Assembly: GCA_016840035.1 (NCBI GenBank)
Contig: JAEOTC010000153.1
Coordinates: 1 to 42,680, forward strand
Direction: 5' to 3'
DNA length: 42,680 nt
Origin: Candidatus Hodarchaeota archaeon
GTDB lineage: Archaea; Asgardarchaeota; Heimdallarchaeia; Hodarchaeales; Hodarchaeaceae
Positions 9,436 through 18,375 of the stretch are shown here, piece by piece. The number at the start of each line of letters is the position of its first letter. Within the stretch, counting starts at the first letter, position 1. The notes beneath the pieces are model-generated. The model searched no databases, was not told the origin of the DNA, and saw only the letters and a list, made by a program, of their open reading frames with translations. Position numbers and translations under genes: made by a program.

Positions 9436-11943
9436 TTGACTTCTGTAATTGGAGATCCAATACAACATTTGAAAGAAATGGGGTATTTTTGGATTAAATC
9501 AGATATAGGAATTTTATTAGTAAAACTCTCTGAAAAAGAGTTCTTCAATTACAAGGAGCTTAAATTTTTAAAGTTTATACGACGAGAATTAGAGAAAGTA
9601 AATCTGAACTGGCTTTATGTTTTGACGGAGGACAATATTATTGTTTTTTCACTTTTTAACGATAATTATCTCCTCTGGAACGCTATTCCAAAGAATATTT
9701 CAATCCTATTTCTATATACAATCCTTGTTAATCCCGAGCTCCAAAATCAAATTAATGAAGACTTTCTACTGGAGGCTTATCGACAGGATTTTAACGTATA
9801 TACAACGGTTTTAGAAGAGGTCAAAGACAAGAAGAGGTCAGTTGAAAATGAAAATCTCCATAAATCACAACTACCAGAATTAAATTCAATTTGTTCATTC
9901 TTTGCTTTTAAATCTCAAGTTTTACTCCGATTTGAGGAAATTACCTATAATTTTCATACAGACTCCACTAATCAGGACATTATTCGGTTTTTGAATAAAT
10001 TAGTCAACAAACCTCTCTTTGAAGAAGAGTCATCAGTTAAAATGATAGATTTTCTTTGCCTAACTCCTATATACATGCTTGAAAACCCCCCATTAGATCT
10101 TAATATCGATAAAATGCGTGGACAATATTTCACCCCCCTGGAATTAGCCTTTACACTTGTTGACCACTCATTTAATTCTCTATCAGAAAAGAAAAAGCAA
10201 TCGTTATCAAATATACTAAAACTGAAAATCTTGGATCCCGCTTCTGGCACAGGAATGATACTTTTTGTAGCATTAGAAAGAGTAGCAAATCATATCATTC
10301 AGCTAGATGAAAAAATCCCTTTCAACTCAATTTTTGATCTTCGAGAAAAGGTATTCTTCTCCTGTTTCAATGCATTTGATATCGATGATCGTGTTGTAAA
10401 CTTTTCAAGGGATTTTTGCAGATTTTTCATGTCACTACCTGAAATTATTCCAGAAAAAGCATGGATGATTATGAATCAAAATTTTCTAACATTTATGACA
10501 GATACCATAAATAATCCAAAACTTCAAAGGAAATTTGATATCATTCTGTCCAATCCACCCTATATACCATTTTCAGGACGGTTTGCCAAGAAAGTTATCT
10601 CTGAAGATGTCAGAAACCTTCTCTTAAAGATGATTCCAAAATTTATGGGAAAACGTGAGAATCTCTATATTATGTTTTTAGGCCTAGCTTTACGCCATGC
10701 ATCAAGCTTAGAACATGGGATTGTTGGATTTATCATTGACCATTCGTTTCTTGATTTAGGTTCGTACTGTGATATTCGCAAAGTGATAATCGAGGATTTT
10801 ACCTTAAAGTATATGTTGGAAAGTTATTCCTACAGGAAAGCAGTTGTAGATTTATCCATCATTATATTCCAGAACTTGAAACCACAGGATAAAGAACCTA
10901 TAGAGTATTATGGGCAGAAAGGATTGAAACACGCACCAAAATTTGAACCTACATTTCACTTCAACGACCATCCGAATTATATCTATAAAACTTATCGAAA
11001 AGAAGCTTCACGTGGCATAATCAATCAAATTAGTGAGGATACAGTAAATTTGGGGGATATTTCAAAAGTTTCATGTGGTTTGGAATACGGGAGCTTACTC
11101 AAATCACATTTTTTATTCCAAAATCAGTCACAGGATATGTATCCAGTACTTGACGGTTCCAATGGTATTCCACAATCATTTGTGATCTTCTGGGTCCCAG
11201 AAATGGACAATTCGTATGTAAAATACTCAAAAGAGTATGAAGAGTATTTGAAGAAAAACAATCTCAATCGATCAATTATGGGTAATAAGGAAGTCCTATT
11301 AATTTCAGGTGAAAAAGAAAGGTTTACTGAACCTAAAATATTTTTACGGCAAACTGCTAACAAGTTTATCATAAGTTATGATACTGAAGGTTTTTTTGGT
11401 TTAAGAAACTTGCATACAATACATAATTTTCAAGCTCCATTTTCTCCCTATCTTATTATGGGAATTCTTACTTCTAAATTTGGGAACTGGCTAGGTAAAG
11501 AGCTCAATATTATTCGATCGACTGGTACTAATGGAAACCGCTATCCCCAAATTAGAATCAGGGATATGAATAACTTTCCCATAATTGATATTGAAAAAGA
11601 AAGTAAAAATACTAATCCTCAAAGAATTAAACAATTAGAGACAAAAACACGCGAAAATATTCAGATCGGAAGCAAAATAACAACAGTTTATAGAAAAATA
11701 TGGAGTTTAACGTTATCTCAAACAGATAAAAAACCATTCAGTTCACAGAAGAGATTGTTTCATTTTTGTAAAAATCCAGAAAAATTTTCATTCTTTTCCA
11801 AGCAAGCACAAAGAGATCTCTCAATTCTTTTGAATGACCTAACCAGAAACGAAAAATTAATTCAGCATAATCAAATGATTATCGATCAAATCATTTTTAA
11901 AATGTATGGGATAGCAAAGGAAGATTGGGAAAGAATTCTCTAA
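9436..11943 (+). CDS. Type IIG/Eco57I-TaqI-like N6-adenine DNA methyltransferase with C-terminal target recognition domain; true start may be upstream
   Basis: GQYFTP, motif I ILDPASGTG, motif IV FDIILSNPPY, TaqI-C-like PKIFLRQTA...ISYD...LTSK...YPQI. The frame is open upstream to 9265. Confidence 0.85.
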   Translation: MTSVIGDPIQHLKEMGYFWIKSDIGILLVKLSEKEFFNYKELKFLKFIRRELEKVNLNWLYVLTEDNIIVFSLFNDNYLLWNAIPKNISILFLYTILVNPELQNQINEDFLLEAYRQDFNVYTTVLEEVKDKKRSVENENLHKSQLPELNSICSFFAFKSQVLLRFEEITYNFHTDSTNQDIIRFLNKLVNKPLFEEESSVKMIDFLCLTPIYMLENPPLDLNIDKMRGQYFTPLELAFTLVDHSFNSLSEKKKQSLSNILKLKILDPASGTGMILFVALERVANHIIQLDEKIPFNSIFDLREKVFFSCFNAFDIDDRVVNFSRDFCRFFMSLPEIIPEKAWMIMNQNFLTFMTDTINNPKLQRKFDIILSNPPYIPFSGRFAKKVISEDVRNLLLKMIPKFMGKRENLYIMFLGLALRHASSLEHGIVGFIIDHSFLDLGSYCDIRKVIIEDFTLKYMLESYSYRKAVVDLSIIIFQNLKPQDKEPIEYYGQKGLKHAPKFEPTFHFNDHPNYIYKTYRKEASRGIINQISEDTVNLGDISKVSCGLEYGSLLKSHFLFQNQSQDMYPVLDGSNGIPQSFVIFWVPEMDNSYVKYSKEYEEYLKKNNLNRSIMGNKEVLLISGEKERFTEPKIFLRQTANKFIISYDTEGFFGLRNLHTIHNFQAPFSPYLIMGILTSKFGNWLGKELNIIRSTGTNGNRYPQIRIRDMNNFPIIDIEKESKNTNPQRIKQLETKTRENIQIGSKITTVYRKIWSLTLSQTDKKPFSSQKRLFHFCKNPEKFSFFSKQAQRDLSILLNDLTRNEKLIQHNQMIIDQIIFKMYGIAKEDWERIL

Positions 11944-11947
11944 TTTT

Positions 11948-13048
11948 TTACTTTCTTCGTCGACGCCTCTTTTTTCTCTTCTTCGGTGGTTTTTTTGCTT
12001 TAGTTTTCTCAATAACATCTTTTTGTTGAACTATTTCGGATAAATCCTTTGCTACCTCATCTCTAATATCATCAGGAGTAACGGATAACGTGCTTTCACT
12101 CATTCCGATATCCAGATCGTTATCAGACCGTATTTCTTGCCTTATGTCTTTAGAAGCTTGCCGAAGCACAGCTTTAATTTCAGAAACATCTGGTGATTCA
12201 TCAAAATCTAAATCTACGTCAGCAGTTTCAAATTCCTCTTTAGGTATTTCTTTCCTAAATAATCCTAAATCTAGTATAGATTCTTGCGCACGGCGTAATT
12301 CCTGTCTTAATGCAGTCGCATCAACGCTTTCTTCAAGTTGCTTATCAGTAAGTCGGAGCTGTTGTTCACCTATTACTTTTAATCTTTCTTTTGGAATATT
12401 TAATCCCGCGCCAGAGACTAAAGCATCCAGTACTGGAGTGAAATCTTCAAATATTGAAGTATCAATTACCTCTTGAGTAATTTCGTTAGTGAACACTTCA
12501 GAGAACCTTAGGGCAAGTAAATCAGTCAATTCGTCAATCGGCTTGGTTTGTTCACTGTCACATATGACAGCAACAGTCATTTCTCCTATTCTTCGAACAT
12601 GAATGACAAGTTCATCCGTCGTAATTTTATCTATTAATCGTCCAGTGACTTCAGCCATCAAATCAACTATTCCTGTCACTAGCCCTGCAAAAATAGTATC
12701 AGGAAACTGCAATCCAGAATAGGATCGAGAAAGTAAGCATGTACCAGCAGAGGAGATAAACCAAACATAATGAATCACAGGAGCCGATTTTTCAACTTCA
12801 TATCCTGCTACTGGTGATCCCATACGAACAGCATACGTAATATCATCTGCAGATACAGTTTGGCTATTTCTTTCTCTACTACGTGTCACTGCTCCTGCAG
12901 CAATTTCTCTCGCCCTATAGGTTAATAATTTATTCAGAGCAACAGCTGCATTCTGAGATACACGTTTTATTCCTGTTTTTTTTATTATTCGTCTACACTC
13001 CGCAGTTGTAAAAGCTAAATGAATTGACTGTGATTTCTTTCTGGGCAT
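11948..13048 (-). CDS. Histone-fold / longin-domain fusion with an acidic region and K/R-rich C-terminal tail
   Basis: Probable ATG at 13048 (MPRKK). Archaeal histone fold RRIIKKTGIKRVS..A...L...AREIA..A...TVSADDI..AVR; longin-like VWFISSAGTCLLSRSY...FAGLVTGI...RFSEVF...FEDF...LD; tail KKPPKKRKKRRRRRK. Confidence 0.8.
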   Translation of the reverse strand: MPRKKSQSIHLAFTTAECRRIIKKTGIKRVSQNAAVALNKLLTYRAREIAAGAVTRSRERNSQTVSADDITYAVRMGSPVAGYEVEKSAPVIHYVWFISSAGTCLLSRSYSGLQFPDTIFAGLVTGIVDLMAEVTGRLIDKITTDELVIHVRRIGEMTVAVICDSEQTKPIDELTDLLALRFSEVFTNEITQEVIDTSIFEDFTPVLDALVSGAGLNIPKERLKVIGEQQLRLTDKQLEESVDATALRQELRRAQESILDLGLFRKEIPKEEFETADVDLDFDESPDVSEIKAVLRQASKDIRQEIRSDNDLDIGMSESTLSVTPDDIRDEVAKDLSEIVQQKDVIEKTKAKKPPKKRKKRRRRRK

Positions 13049-13267
13049 TATTACGTGTATCTCCCGCAAAAGAACAAATAAGGCGATTAATCTCTGACAG
13101 AATAATCAATAATATCGAATACTGTTTTAGTTTGACTGATAAATGTATTGATGATTTAAAAGCTTACTTTTATATGCTTTATTCGCAAATATTCGGGTTT
13201 AATATTCAAATACCCTTCTTAATGTCGGCGAATCCAAAAATATAACAAATTTTAGGTAGGAAAATTA

Positions 13268-15145
13268 GTGCAAAAGCCTTCAGGAAGTTCTTTCGACTAT
13301 AATTACAAAGAGTTAGGTTTTTGTGCAGGTTTAGAAATACACGCACAATTACAATCCGAACGAAAACTTTTTTGTCATTGCCCTCCGAATCTAGTTCCTT
13401 CTACTGCCCAAAGTGATTACCATTTTGAACGATTTTTTCGACCAGTTCTAGGTGAGCTCGGAGATTTTGATGCTGGAATGCTTGTGGAATTTGAAAAGCA
13501 TTATCGTGTTATTTATGAAACTTATGGAGATAATATTTGCACGTATGAGATGGATGAAACACCTCCTTTTCCTCCCTGTTTAGATACAATAGATAAAGGT
13601 TTCTTACTGGCTAGATTTCTAAATTGTGAATCACCTGTCAATGAGATTATATTTAATAGGAAACAATATTTGGATGGATCTATCACAACTGGATTTCAAC
13701 GAACCACGATCATTGCTAGAGATGGATTCATTAACTTTCAAAACAAAAAAATAAGAATCAATAATGTTTTAATCGAAGAGGATGCTGCACGAAGGGTAGA
13801 TTTTCATGATCGCGCATCTCGGACCGTTTATTATAATCTTGATCGACTGGGTATTCCACTAACTGAAATTATTACAAATCATGAGGATTGTCATGACCCA
13901 ACAGCCTTAATGCAGATCGGATTATTACTCGGACTTGGTTTACGAGTATTAGGAATAGCTAAAAGAGGGATAGGATCGGTTCGTCAAGATGTTAACATTT
14001 CAATAACAGGAGGTTCTCGTGTGGAACTTAAGGGAATCCAGGAAATAAGTGATCTTCAACAGTATTGCGATCACGAAATTACTCGTCAATTAGCTCTTCT
14101 TAAGCTTATGAAAAAGTTGAAAACAAAGGGAGTAAAAAAGTCTGATTTTCAAGCAAATTATATCGATGTTTCTTCTGCAATAACCGATCTAAATAAAAGT
14201 GAGTTGGCACTGGCAGTTAGATTACCTAAGTGTAAAGGTATCTTTCTTGAAGAAATTCAACCTGGAAAACTATTCTCAGAAGAACTATTTGATCGTATCG
14301 AATTAATAACTGGCTTACCTATGTACGAAATGAGCCAATCAGATACTCCTCGTCAATGGTTAGATAGCACTCGTGTTCGGGAAATTTTGAATCTACAACA
14401 AGATGACAGTTATGTTGTTGTTCGAGGATCCCAAAAAAGCGTGATTCATGCATTATCACGAACAATCGAAAGAATGAAAAAGGCTTTGGATGGTGTACCT
14501 GAAGAAACAAGACGATTTAACCCTAAAACTTTCAACAGTGAATTTTTACGTGTAATCCATGGGAAAGATAGGATGTACTCAGATACTGATACACCTCCTG
14601 TTTCAATATCAGTAGATTATACTCATATTCTACCCGAAAATATTACTCCTCCTTGGGACTTAATTGAAAAACTTCCAATCTCGGTAAGGGAGCTTATCTA
14701 CATAGAAAAAGCGAATTTGTATCCTGAGTTTTCATATATTGTTCAAAAGGATCCTGAATCATGTAGAAAAATGCTGGGATTAATTCAACACGCTTCTCAT
14801 TACATTAAAAAGCATAATTTAACCAAAACGGATAATTGCGATGAATATAAAAAATTATTTTTGGATTTGATTTCATATAAGGTTTCCAGGGATAATTTCG
14901 AAGAAATTCTAATTGAGATAAATAGAACAGGTACATACGATCCTAAATCCCGACGTTTGGATAAAGTATTCATTGATGATGAACTGTACAGACGAATTCA
15001 AGTTGTTATTGCCGATTCTGAAAAGCAAATGAACAATATTACGCTTGATAGATTATTTGGTATACTCAAAACACATTTTCCTATGCTAAGCAGTGAACAA
15101 ATTCATTCTACATTAGTCAAAGAAGGAAAAATTGGAGCTAGGTAA
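13268..15145 (+). CDS. gatE: Glu-tRNA(Gln) amidotransferase subunit E
   Basis: GLEIHAQL, KLFCHCP, YEMDETPP, RKQYLDGS.TTGFQRT, IEEDAAR, LDRLGIPL.EI, RGIGSVRQDVNISI.GG.RVELKG, GVPEETR. Confidence 0.95.
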   Translation: MQKPSGSSFDYNYKELGFCAGLEIHAQLQSERKLFCHCPPNLVPSTAQSDYHFERFFRPVLGELGDFDAGMLVEFEKHYRVIYETYGDNICTYEMDETPPFPPCLDTIDKGFLLARFLNCESPVNEIIFNRKQYLDGSITTGFQRTTIIARDGFINFQNKKIRINNVLIEEDAARRVDFHDRASRTVYYNLDRLGIPLTEIITNHEDCHDPTALMQIGLLLGLGLRVLGIAKRGIGSVRQDVNISITGGSRVELKGIQEISDLQQYCDHEITRQLALLKLMKKLKTKGVKKSDFQANYIDVSSAITDLNKSELALAVRLPKCKGIFLEEIQPGKLFSEELFDRIELITGLPMYEMSQSDTPRQWLDSTRVREILNLQQDDSYVVVRGSQKSVIHALSRTIERMKKALDGVPEETRRFNPKTFNSEFLRVIHGKDRMYSDTDTPPVSISVDYTHILPENITPPWDLIEKLPISVRELIYIEKANLYPEFSYIVQKDPESCRKMLGLIQHASHYIKKHNLTKTDNCDEYKKLFLDLISYKVSRDNFEEILIEINRTGTYDPKSRRLDKVFIDDELYRRIQVVIADSEKQMNNITLDRLFGILKTHFPMLSSEQIHSTLVKEGKIGAR

Positions 15146-15146
15146 T

Positions 15147-16553
15147 ATGAATGAAGATACAGACCCTTTACCTGGGTATAAAGGAAAAATAAGAGAGATC
15201 CTGGAAAGAGAAGGGATTAAAGTCTGGTCGGAGATAATTGTAACCAAACAAAATGGTGCTCATTTCCAGGGAATACTATTACCTAGACCCGCCTTTACTG
15301 CAAAAAATTTTGTTACTCTAAGAGTATTAGATACTGGATATAATATTGGGATCGAAATAACTGAAAAAACTACTTTTCAGTTACTTGGATATTCAAAAGG
15401 TAATTATCGATTACCAGCTATAAATGTGAAACGAAAAGAGTCCTTACCCGATGTAGTACTTCTTGGAACAGGCGGTACTGTAGCTAGTCGTTTAGATTAT
15501 AGAACTGGCGCGGTTCTTCCCGCATTTACGCCAGAAGAGCTATTTGCCGCAGTACCCGAAATTCAATCACGCGTTAATCTTACACCACGAACTCTGTTTG
15601 AAATTTTATCCGAGAATTTTAAGCCTGAATACTGGGTTAAGACTGCAGAGGAAATAGCTAAAGAGATCACTAGTGGTGCCGATGGGGTCATCATTGGACA
15701 TGGCACGGATACAATGGGCTATACAGGATCAGCCTTATCATATTTCCTACGCAATTTACCAATACCTGTTATAATACTTGGATCTCAGCGTTCTTCTGAC
15801 CGACCATCCAGTGATGCCGCAATCAATCTCCTAAATGCAGCTACAGTAGCGGGTTATGCAGATATTGGGGAAGTTTTGATTTCAATGATGGGATCTACCA
15901 GTCATAAAGCCGATTACTTGCACAGACCGACCAGGGTTCGAAAAATGCACAGTAGTAGACGTGATACTTTTCGAAGCTTATCGGTACCTCCTGTGGGGAA
16001 AATAGATTGGCACACTCAAGATATCTCATACTTTACTCCAGTAAAAAGCCGTTCTAATCCTGAAGAATTCATTTTAGACACAAAAATTGATGAGAAAGTG
16101 GCAATTCTTTACTTTTATCCCGGTATGAATCCTGATATGCTACATTCAGTCATTGATTTAGGATACCACGGGGTGGTAATCATTGGTACAGGTTTAGGAC
16201 ATGTTAGTTCAGAGTTTTATCCAGTCTTAGAAAGAGCTCAAGAAGAAAAAGTTCCTATTGTAATGGTCGTTCAACCACTTTTTGGATTTGCACATCTTAG
16301 GGTGTATGAAACTGGAAGAGAAATGCTGGCTAGAGGAGTGATTGAGGGGGGAAACATGTTACCGGAAGCCGCGTATCCTAAACTAGCTTATGTTTTAGGT
16401 CACACAGGCTTTCCACCTTCAAGCCTTGAAGAAGTTAAATCTTTAATGCAAACCAATTTCGTAGGTGAACTTACCAATCGAGAAAATAGATTTGGTTTCA
16501 GCTTATTACAGGGAATTGAACCTAATATCGAAAAATTGTTTGAATCCATTTGA
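15147..16553 (+). CDS. gatD: Glu-tRNA(Gln) amidotransferase subunit D
   Basis: GYNIGI N-domain, TGGTVASRLDYRTGAV, HGTDTM, GSQRSSDRPSSDA, RKMHSSRRD.F, GTGLGH, VYETGR, MLPE.A..KL. ATG at 15147, one base after the gatE stop. Confidence 0.96.
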   Translation: MNEDTDPLPGYKGKIREILEREGIKVWSEIIVTKQNGAHFQGILLPRPAFTAKNFVTLRVLDTGYNIGIEITEKTTFQLLGYSKGNYRLPAINVKRKESLPDVVLLGTGGTVASRLDYRTGAVLPAFTPEELFAAVPEIQSRVNLTPRTLFEILSENFKPEYWVKTAEEIAKEITSGADGVIIGHGTDTMGYTGSALSYFLRNLPIPVIILGSQRSSDRPSSDAAINLLNAATVAGYADIGEVLISMMGSTSHKADYLHRPTRVRKMHSSRRDTFRSLSVPPVGKIDWHTQDISYFTPVKSRSNPEEFILDTKIDEKVAILYFYPGMNPDMLHSVIDLGYHGVVIIGTGLGHVSSEFYPVLERAQEEKVPIVMVVQPLFGFAHLRVYETGREMLARGVIEGGNMLPEAAYPKLAYVLGHTGFPPSSLEEVKSLMQTNFVGELTNRENRFGFSLLQGIEPNIEKLFESI

Positions 16554-16637
16554 AAGACGAACGATATAATTTTGGATAATACACTGAACACTCAACAATA
16601 ATTCGAAACTAAAACTAATAATAATTCAGCTGAAATC

Positions 16638-17060
16638 ATGGATAAACAAAGAAGTATTGCCAAAGTGGTAAGTAAATTGGTTTCACAAAGTCTAAGACAT
16701 ATCTTTAGTTTAACTGGTAGTGTTTTTCTTATTTTACTAGGAATCAGTTTACTTCAAATTGAAACCTCTCTCGAAACACTTTCTGCTATTACGATTAGCG
16801 GTATCCTCTTTCTCCTGCTTGGATTATCAGGGATAATTGAATTCATTTTTCGAATAATAAAGCGTTACTGGCAAGAATATTATACAAAACCACCGACAAT
16901 AAAACCCCTTCGGCAAATCGACCTACCTGGTAGTGAAACTGGTCCGACCAATGACCCACAGACAGTATGTCCTATGTGCAACGAAAGTTACCCTCAAACT
17001 ACAATTCATGATGTCTGTATAATGTGTGGTGCACAATTAGAATCTGATCACAAAGATTAA
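16638..17060 (+). CDS. Two-TM membrane protein with a C-terminal zinc ribbon
   Basis: Two hydrophobic helices, then CPMC...CIMCG. Confidence 0.7.
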   Translation: MDKQRSIAKVVSKLVSQSLRHIFSLTGSVFLILLGISLLQIETSLETLSAITISGILFLLLGLSGIIEFIFRIIKRYWQEYYTKPPTIKPLRQIDLPGSETGPTNDPQTVCPMCNESYPQTTIHDVCIMCGAQLESDHKD

Positions 17061-17289
17061 GTGTTTACTGGAAATTATACCTCGTACGAGATTACTGATT
17101 AGAGGAATACTATTTCCCAGATATTCTAGCAATTTCTACTTAAAAGCCGACTTAAAAACCAATTGGATTATTATTACCAGAATTTGAGGACATTGGCGTA
17201 ATACCCTTAGTAGTACGATGCAAAGGGCTTTTAAAGACTGATTTTCTCTCTAAAGTTACATAAATTACTCATGAAGGGTTTGAGAATCG

Positions 17290-17688
17290 ATGGTTGAAGA
17301 GTTAGATGGACTTGTGCAAGCATTCCTAGGATTCCGGAAATTTCAATTTCACGAAAATGTGAGTATTAGAGGGAAGAACGACAAGAATGTGTCATTTTCC
17401 TATCTAGTTCATGGGAGTACTGACCCTCATGTTAACCTTGGTGGTAATATAGGAGTAGTTGTTAAAGATTGGTCAAGAAGCTGTGGTTACAACTGTATTT
17501 TAGAGGCAGAACGACTTCAAACCAATACTCCAGGATTAAATCGGGTTATGGTTGTAGCAAACCAATTTTCAAGCACCGCACGCGAGTTAGCGGAGAAATT
17601 AGGAATTTTAACGTTAACAAAAGGCGAATTAGTATCAATTCAGAGTATGTATCACCAGCAGTTTTCGACAACTGTATTCGACCCCTAG
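17290..17688 (+). CDS. Mrr_cat-like restriction-endonuclease-fold protein, probably inactive
   Basis: VVVKDW.RS.G...MVVANQFS..A.ELA.KLGI..L..GEL matches the Mrr-type pattern, but the acidic catalytic residues appear replaced. Confidence 0.6.
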   Translation: MVEELDGLVQAFLGFRKFQFHENVSIRGKNDKNVSFSYLVHGSTDPHVNLGGNIGVVVKDWSRSCGYNCILEAERLQTNTPGLNRVMVVANQFSSTARELAEKLGILTLTKGELVSIQSMYHQQFSTTVFDP

Positions 17689-17852
17689 ACACTTTCTCTT
17701 TTTCTATTAGTTGACTTTGACAAGAGTTTAATATAACTCGTTTTTTTCGGGTAAAACTGGGAGGTATCCCGTACAGTTATTGTATGGGAGAAAATCATTT
17801 AAAGCTTTGAAATAGACTCTCTTTAACTTTAAAAATTTACAGGAGACTCTTT

Positions 17853-18332
17853 ATGCCCATAAAACATGACTCTTCCCTGGTTAGATTTTTCATCAACTAC
17901 CTCGCTATGGAGATTCTTTTTTTCATTGGCTCGGGGATACTCGCAATCTACAAAATGACTTTTGATGTTGAGATGAACGAAATTCTAGCGGGAACTTTCC
18001 TTAATAGTTCAAGTGCAGGATTATTTACAACCGCTTTTAGCCCATCACAGGTAAATTGGATCTTATCTAATATTTTATTGTGGCCTATTAACGTATTTCT
18101 TGCCCTTTTTAGCTCATTATTACTACTCTCGGGATTTTTTGCCTTAGCAATTCTTATTCCTCTCCAGATTGATGTCTTCTCAGGTGCAAACGCTATCAAT
18201 TCTGAAGCCATTTCAGTAGGTATCATGTTCTTAATTTGCTGGGGTATAATACCTTGCCTTTACATAATGCGAAACACATTTTACGGTTGGGGTGGAAGAA
18301 TTAAGGGAGTATTTAGTAACTCTCCTAGTTAG
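17853..18332 (+). CDS. Hypothetical membrane protein
   Basis: GGAG upstream of the ATG; three hydrophobic segments. Confidence 0.6.
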   Translation: MPIKHDSSLVRFFINYLAMEILFFIGSGILAIYKMTFDVEMNEILAGTFLNSSSAGLFTTAFSPSQVNWILSNILLWPINVFLALFSSLLLLSGFFALAILIPLQIDVFSGANAINSEAISVGIMFLICWGIIPCLYIMRNTFYGWGGRIKGVFSNSPS

Positions 18333-18375
18333 GAGTAGTTCTCAAATAATACTCTTTATTGGGAAGAAAATTCGC

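Noticed and set aside
13024-13245. 73-aa ORF between the histone fusion and gatE
   Set aside because: Overlaps the histone-fusion start, spans the divergent promoter region and has no motif.
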